Source: Anthoceros angustus (taxonomy: Eukaryota > Plantae > Anthocerotophyta). Taken from it: a DNA stretch of 64,000 nt. Position numbers and translations under genes: made by a program. Shown piece by piece: positions 57,601 to 64,000 of this stretch. A model generated the notes under the pieces. It was not told where the DNA came from, did not search any database, and worked only from the letters and a program-made list of their open reading frames with translations. The stretch covers positions 1,116,001-1,180,000 of the forward strand of contig MU008160.1 of NCBI GenBank assembly GCA_010909165.1. Reading direction: 5' to 3'. Position 1 is the first letter of the stretch. Each line of letters starts with the position of its first letter.

Positions 57601-59310
57601 CCTTCTCGCCCTTTTCCTCACGGGGCTCGGCGGAGGTGATGGAGTCAGGCACGCCTTTTGCCCCTTCACAGCCGGCGGGACCGGCTCGGATCTCGGTGCT
57701 GCCGGTGTCCTCCGCTCCACAGGCCTTCTCGCCTCCTCCCTTCTTCTTGCCACTCCGTGGGAAGAGGTACTGCACCGACCGGGTGCTGGTAGCCGTGGTC
57801 TTGCGCTCGGCCTCTCTCCCGGTCCGCGGGGCTCCTCGGTAGGAGTGATGGGTGGGCTGGGGCCGGGCCGCTCTTGGCTGGCTGCCCGGTTGGGGCACGG
57901 AAGGAGGAGGCGGTGCTTCCCATACTTCGGTGGTGAGGGGTCCGCCCACGTATGGAGTCCGAATCCTCCTCCATCCTCCTCCCGAGTCCGCTTGGTTTTG
58001 TCGGCCTCCTCCCTCGGCGCCCTTGCCCGCCTCCACTTCCGGAGGGCCTCACCCTTTCCGGAGCGCTCAAGCTCTCCTTCCCGAGGAGTTCAAATGCCCC
58101 ATACATGGATCGTATGGGGATGCCTGATGGCGGGGCTTCGCTCCGAGCTTGCGAGCCTCTAAACCGGGCGAAGATAATCCTTCCCGCCCGCCTTCTTCCC
58201 CCGCAACGCTGCGTGAACACTAATAGATTATCACCAAGGTGATCCACCTTGGTGAGTAGGTTCCAGTGGGCATGATCCGGCCACCGCCTCGACTCGACCG
58301 TCCAACAGTCGGATATCGCCCAACCACAGGTCCGCTGCCCTGTGCCTTAGCATGCTGTGCTGGACCTATCTTCCCTTCGCCTTGAGGGGCCCGCACCACT
58401 CCCTCTTCCTCCTTGGGCGGCCGCCTCAGACCTCCAAGGTCCATCGCCTTGGGTCCTCGGAGGTTCTTGGACCGCACCTCCTTGTTGACCGCCGCCAAGA
58501 TCTTCCGCAAACTCCGGACCAGAGTGACGTCAAAGGTCCGCACCATTTGGAACACATCCAAATGCCACTCGCACCAATTCCCCGCCTCGGAGCCAGCCCA
58601 AAGTCCGGCGCCGGTCACAATGTTGCGCTCCACAAGGTTCCATGGCTCCCAAACTTCCGCTGGTTTTTGGGTGCCATCGCCTTCTTCTCCCTTGGTTGCC
58701 CGCCGCTTGTCAAGACCGCCGCACGCTGAGCCTCGGCTCGCCTCCGACCTCAACGGTGAGCCGCACAAGACGCCGAGTGTCCCACGAGATACCGCCAGAG
58801 AGCCGGATCATGGAGCGCAAGAGATCGCGAGAATTGTCTCGAGGTAAAATAAATGACCTTCTTCCGCGACCACGCCGGAGTAACTCGCTGGAGGGCGCCT
58901 TCCCCGTCCAGAATCGCCGAGGTCTGCATGGCTTACTCGCGCTTACGCCGCACGGCCTCGCCGCGGCAGCGCGGGGCGTGAATACTGCTATAACGGCCTC
59001 GCAAGGTTACGGTCCCGACCACGATGCCCGCCTCCACTCGGTCGCCCACGTGGCGCCGCCATCCGTCTTACGCCCAACTTCTAAGTTACCTTCGCGATTT
59101 ATCCCGCCTCGGTCCGAGTGGGTCCGGCTACCCTGCCGCCCGCCATCGAGGTCTGGCACGCCTCACTCCGAGTCAGAGTATACTCCGAGTGCCGTCCGAG
59201 TGCTAACCGGCTTATTTCCTCCTTTTTCGCCTCGCTCTATCCTTCGCCTCCCACACAAAAACAAAATCCTACCTAATTTCTAACCCCTGGAAGTCCGTAG
59301 TCCACCATAT
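54689..59310 (-). mobile_element. Second, 5'-truncated internal region of the same element (extra ORF with internal tandem re-duplications)
   Basis: Colinear with 40680-43885 and ends at cctacctaatttctaacccct-ggaagtccgtagtccac. Segments recur several times within 55700-57650. Confidence 0.8.
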
Positions 59311-61094
59311 GTGGGTCTTTCAACCGCCTGTACAAGAGTGGGGTGGGCGGTGTTAATGCGGAACCTCGAAATGCGTTACGGTGTGCGATCGGAGGATTGA
59401 ACTCTCATTAGGTACCGCCTAGCCTGCTTGTCAGATCGGCAACATCAACAACTGCATGATGATGAGTGCCAAGAAGACTTAAATTCTTTAGCAAAGACCG
59501 CTTAAGGAGGGGCGAATCGAGGTTTTAAGACTCGGGCTCAAGTGGATGGCCGAGGAAGCATTGCCCCTTTAGCCCTTATTCTATTCATTCCCACCGGATC
59601 TTTTACACATTAAAGGGGCACGAGTCCCAAGCAATAGCCTTGAAAGCACCTAAGGGACAACATAGCTACGCTCCATACAATCCCTCTATCGCCATCAAAA
59701 TATCTCCGAGGAGCACACTACGCTAAGCAGCCCTCGTGCTCAAGCACTCGCTTGTCATATCATGCCATTTTCATGCCAATGGTTTCCCTCAAAAGGAAAG
59801 AAGCATTAAAGCTTTATTTGTAGGCTTGCATGGGTCACCATCAAAACCTCATCACTCATATGCTTTCACCCGTACCGCCTGGTAATTGCAGAGTTGCATG
59901 GGGACCTCTTCCACTCCTCCAATATTGTGTCCGATTGAGTTTGATCGGGATGACGAGCTATTTGCCACGCTGGAGTATCAAGGAGGATAAAAGTGTTTGA
60001 GTTTGCAACGGTGGTCAATGACATGGCTGATGTGCATTGTCCCATGGTAGAAATGTCTACCGCTCCAAATTGAGTTGTCCGAGTTGGAACAAGTACATAA
60101 AGTCGCATTGCGGTGATTATGAAGGGATTGTTACGATGGGATGTGAATACGTGCGAGCATCACGGAGTATGTGTACGACAGGCCCGGCGCCTAAACCTCA
60201 CCCGAAGTTTATTACTTGGTTCTCGAGGCGTGCGGGATCTGCCGTTACGCATCGGCTCCACTCCACCGGCTAGTTAGCAATCTAGTTTTCTCAACTAAGC
60301 CTGGAAGTGTTCGCCACTAAGAAGCCGAGAACTTTTGCACGCAGCCGTGGAGCCGAGCATGCTTAACCCAAGGTGCCTTTTGCCCCATTTTGGCGTTTTT
60401 CTTATTATGAATTTCTAATTACAAGAAAATCGACCGCAATGTTCTCAACACCACAATTACCGTGATGACCTCCTCTTTCCAACCATATGTTCAAAAAGCA
60501 CCACCCCTGAACATGCACAAATTTCCATAGCCATTTCGATCCACCTTGGGCACCAGTGAGGTGAGCATCTTTCTTTGCCTACCATGAACTAAGGTGAATC
60601 AGATACGTATGTACACAAGAATGTAGGGGATCGGTTTGTGCGCATGACACTTTGGATCCTAAGCGCCTGGCCGACCTTTCTTCGAGAAATGTAAGAGTCG
60701 AGCCGCATAGAAGAGAGGGTCTCTTAGTTTCCTTTGTGCGTTCCATATGTGTACCACTTTTACCTACTAGAGATTTTAGAACGTAAAAGTGAACAACGCG
60801 TTGTAAATAGTAATAGTTTCTAATTTTACAACGAGTGTGTTGTAAATGGTAATCGTTCCGACTTAACAGCGCTGTGCAAATAGTAGTTTCAAAGTCGTTT
60901 CATACAAACTCACCAGCACTGCAGTGCACGAGGTAGGTGACGCAGTGCAGGTGTGAGAGGCGGGTGCAATGCATGCAAGATCTTGTCCAAGAGAACATGC
61001 TTGCACACAAATCTTGATATAAAGGCGGGTTCATGTCCAGACAAGTAGATGTTTACATACTGCGGCGTATGTGTTGAGAGCTGTATGTCGATTG

Positions 61095-61395
61095 CCCTCG
61101 GGGTGTGTGAGAACCGGGCTTGCCATGGGGTGTGTGACGTGGGGAGCTTGTGTAGCTAGTGTACTTGAGGGCCATGCGCCATCGGTGAGGTGGGGAGCTT
61201 GTGTAGCTAGTGTAATTGAGGCCATGCGGCTTGCCATCGGGGTGTGTGAGGTGGGGAGCTTGTGTAGCTAGTGTAATTGAGGGCCATGGGGCCACCATCG
61301 GGTGTGTGAGAGCCGGGCTTGCCATCGGGATGTGTGACGAGTGGGAGCTCAGATGTAATTGAGGCCATGCACCGCCATCGGGTGTGTGATGAGAG
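61095..61395. repeat. Degenerate minisatellite, about 55-65 bp units
   Basis: ccatcgg..tgtgtga.gtggggagcttgtgtagctagtgtaattgaggg recurs. Confidence 0.9.
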
Positions 61396-63039
61396 TCTAT
61401 GTGTTTGAGAGAAGCGGAAGCCAACCATGCCTCTGCACATTTTAGAAGCGGAAGGCCATGAGAAGTGCGGGAAGGCTTTGTAAAGCGGAAGAAGAAGCAC
61501 GAGGAATTTGACGTCCATCCGTACACAAGGCCCGCACCGTGTTTGCTTAAGATTGTCGACTTGGCTTTGCGGGCAGCTTCAAGGATTGCTTGATCGAGAG
61601 AGATTGCGACTTTGCTTAGCGGCAGTCACATGTTGAGTCCTCCTCTCTTACGCCACGAGATCTTGGTCGCGCGTACACGTTGTGTATTGCCCGCACACAA
61701 GCTCTAACAACGGCACATGGTGTTTAGTTAGTGACTACACACAAGCTCGTGTTTAGTTAGTGACTGCACGAATTCGACCTACAACACAATTAGGGCTTAC
61801 GAAATTGAATTCCTTGGATCAAGAAGGTTTGTGTGCATCCCCAATCTCTTATGCTTGGTGCTTTTTTAGGGCACGCACTTTCATGGGCAAAGGTTGCTAA
61901 GCGCCTTTCTACTAACCCCAACCACCTTGCAATGTAGATGGTGCGCACTACACGTGCAAGTGCGAAGTTGGGTTTGCAATGTCATGCAGAACGCGATAAG
62001 GAAACAAGACTTTTGGCCACAAGATTAGTGGTGGGGACGCAGTGGGATGCCGTGGTGGAAGGATCCGCCTAACGGCTCGGTGGTTGGGTTTAGTAGACAG
62101 CGCAAGCCAAGGAGCGCCCTTGTCGAGCCTAGCGTGCAGAAAAATGGGCCACCGTGAAGGCAAAGAAGCGGGAGGGCGTCTCAAAGGAGCGGAAGGCCGA
62201 TGCCGTCCCCTCGAAATGTGAGTTGTGCATCAACGGCTTTGTCCAAGCTATCGGACCTACCAGTTTGAATCACGCCTTCAACTAGTTACCAAGCTCTAGG
62301 GTCGGTGATGATAATGAGCTCTAAACGATGGCTTTTCTTTTCTCACTTGTGTGTGGTAGGAAAGCGGGCCACCGCCTGGCGCGGTGGAGAACAAGCGCCT
62401 CCTCCGTGAGTGGAGGAGGCCTCCTCCCGATGCCGTGGAGGAGGAGCAGCCTCCTCTAATGCCGTGGAGGAGGAGCAGCTGCCGTGGAGGAGGAGCGGAT
62501 GCTGCGGAGGAGTACCGCGCTAATCCCATGGCGGGCCTGTGGAAGAGCTCGTGCCGCTCGTGGAGAAGCGACCAATCGACTGCCTCAAGTCACCACCACC
62601 TCCTCTTAGGTCTTCGCGGATGAGAGAACAAGGGCCACCGTGGCTTATGTGCACACGCAGACCTTTTGAGAAAGATGATAGGCAAGAAGGCAGCCAAGCT
62701 CGCTTCCTCCCTTGTCCGTGACACTGGCTCAAAACTTACCGGACCTTCAATCCAGCACCGTCGTACTCCCATGCCACCTCCACCACTCCTACTCCTAACC
62801 CTTCCGTCAATGTTGGTTCTCGCTTTGAAGAAGTGCAGCCGTGATGGAGCAGCCAAGAAGTGGAAAATCCATGGAGGAGGGAGATGGCGGAGATCCGCGA
62901 ATTGCCAAGGAGAAATCGAATTAAAGGGAGACGCCCAAATGCACGACGTCATTCCACATCGGACATTCATCTAGAATCGTGTTCTTGGTTTTAGTTGAAA
63001 CCGACTCCTTGCTTTTACTTTCATAAGCTTGTCCAGTAG

Positions 63040-63460
63040 GTGTGTGGCCTTGACGACCGCCCAATGTTTCTCTTTTGGTCTCTCAAGCTCGAACAGTGCA
63101 AGTGTGGCCTTGATCCGATGTTTCTCTTTTGGTCTGTTGCCTAAAGCCACAAGTGTGTGGCCTTGATCAGATTTTTCTATTGGTCATCTGCCTAAACATG
63201 CAGTGTGTGGCCTTGACGCCGACGCCCGTGTTTCTTTTGGTCTCTCAAGCCTAAGTGTGTGGCCTTGATCGCCTGCGTGTTTTGGTCTCTCAAGTCTAAA
63301 TCGGTGTGTGGCCTTGATCGCCCATGTTTCTCTTTTGGTCTCGCAAGCCTAAAGCTGGCGTGTGTGGCCTTGATCGCCCATGTTTCTCCTTTGGTCTCTC
63401 AAGCCTAAACAGTGTGTGTGTTTCGTTGGTCCGCTGCCTAAACATGTGTGTGTGTGTGGC
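63040..63460. repeat. Minisatellite, about 8-9 units of about 50 bp
   Basis: gtgtgtggccttgatcgcccatgtttctcttttggtctctcaagcctaa consensus. Confidence 0.92.
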
Positions 63461-63599
63461 CCGCTTGGCTAACTGACAAGGATGTACATGCCACATGCCC
63501 AGCAGCATGTGCTCAGACAAGCATGTGGCCTATACATGCCACTTACAGCCACATGCTCGCAGCATGTACAAGCATATTCGATGTTTTCCTTCTCATGTG

Positions 63600-64000
63600 T
63601 GTCGTTGGATTAAAGAAGATTCATACAGCTATGAAGTGCTCCAATTTCTTGAGGTGGGTAATGCGGCACTTCATGGATCCATTGATTGGCAACTCGGGAG
63701 AGAAACTAGAGACACAAGCAATTGTGGAGGCAGCCATTCAAGAGATGTTGGTGGGATTTGGAGCATGGCTCATGTGTGTGACCAAATGTTCAACACCATG
63801 TTGCGCAATTGGAAGAACAATCTTGCAAGATGCGCAAGACAATTTCTTGAGGGTAATCATCCACCTAAGTATAAGCCTCGTGATATCTCGGTGACCAGTG
63901 GGATCGCATTGTGGAGAATGAAAAGCCAAGGCCGGATGGAGATGTCCGCACAAAACGCATAGCAATGTTGAGGAAGTTGAACTCGGATGCCCACCGTATG
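63600..64000 (+). pseudogene. Possible CACTA TnpA (Ptta/En/Spm-like) fragment
   Basis: MFNTMLRNWKNNLARC...PPKYKPRDIS-QWDRIVE...MEMSAQNA-LRKLNSDAH. The resemblance is weak and recognised by eye. Confidence 0.4.

Larger units (their letters stand above)
60763..64000 (+). mobile_element. Probable second CACTA element, degenerate terminus; runs off the right edge
   Basis: cctactagag (CACTACTAGAG less one base) is followed by ttgtaaa/tttacaac motifs, minisatellites and a TnpA-like ORF. Confidence 0.45.

Noticed and set aside
40093-59283. Many 100-300 aa Pro/Arg/Ser-rich ORFs on both strands
   Set aside because: They are expected in GC-rich LTR and extra-ORF sequence, and they are not conserved in frame between copies.
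59866-60108. 80-aa minus-strand ORF as a gene fragment
   Set aside because: It is short and isolated, and I cannot support any family assignment.
63040-63460. About 50-bp repeats with a conserved gtgtggccttga core as a CRISPR-like array
   Set aside because: The intervening sequences are homologous to one another, so this is a degenerate minisatellite.

Overview
This is eukaryotic nuclear DNA from a plant: it has GT-AG introns, PLS-type PPR genes, an F-box gene, and CACTA and Ty3/gypsy elements. A non-seed land plant is my guess, not something the sequence proves. The window is mostly transposon-derived and rearranged. Host-type content is one intact intronless F-box gene (20578-22086, minus) with a 12x8-aa basic repeat, two frameshifted sodium:solute symporter paralogs (the second split by a mosaic of PPR 5' fragments), and other PPR fragments. 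The main observation is chromatin-modifier domains in or next to transposons. (i) A decayed Ty3/gypsy-type element at about 9.5-12.9 kb has a C5 cytosine-methyltransferase domain (motifs I, IV, VI, VIII, IX visible once stops and frameshifts are read through), integrase pieces and a PHD finger. (ii) A SET-domain ORF lies just 5' of, and co-oriented with, a CACTA transposase at 33-37 kb. Also notable are an OSB-type PDF motif in front of PPR repeats, chromovirus-type LTRs ending AGTAAC...GTTACT instead of TG...CA, and an Athila-like element (39.5-59.3 kb) with four LTR copies and TRIM-like mini-units. From about 38 kb on, repeat copies differ by dense small indels, so part of that structure may be uncorrected long-read or assembly error. 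No rRNA, tRNA or CRISPR array was seen. All family assignments come from motif recognition by eye; no database search was run.
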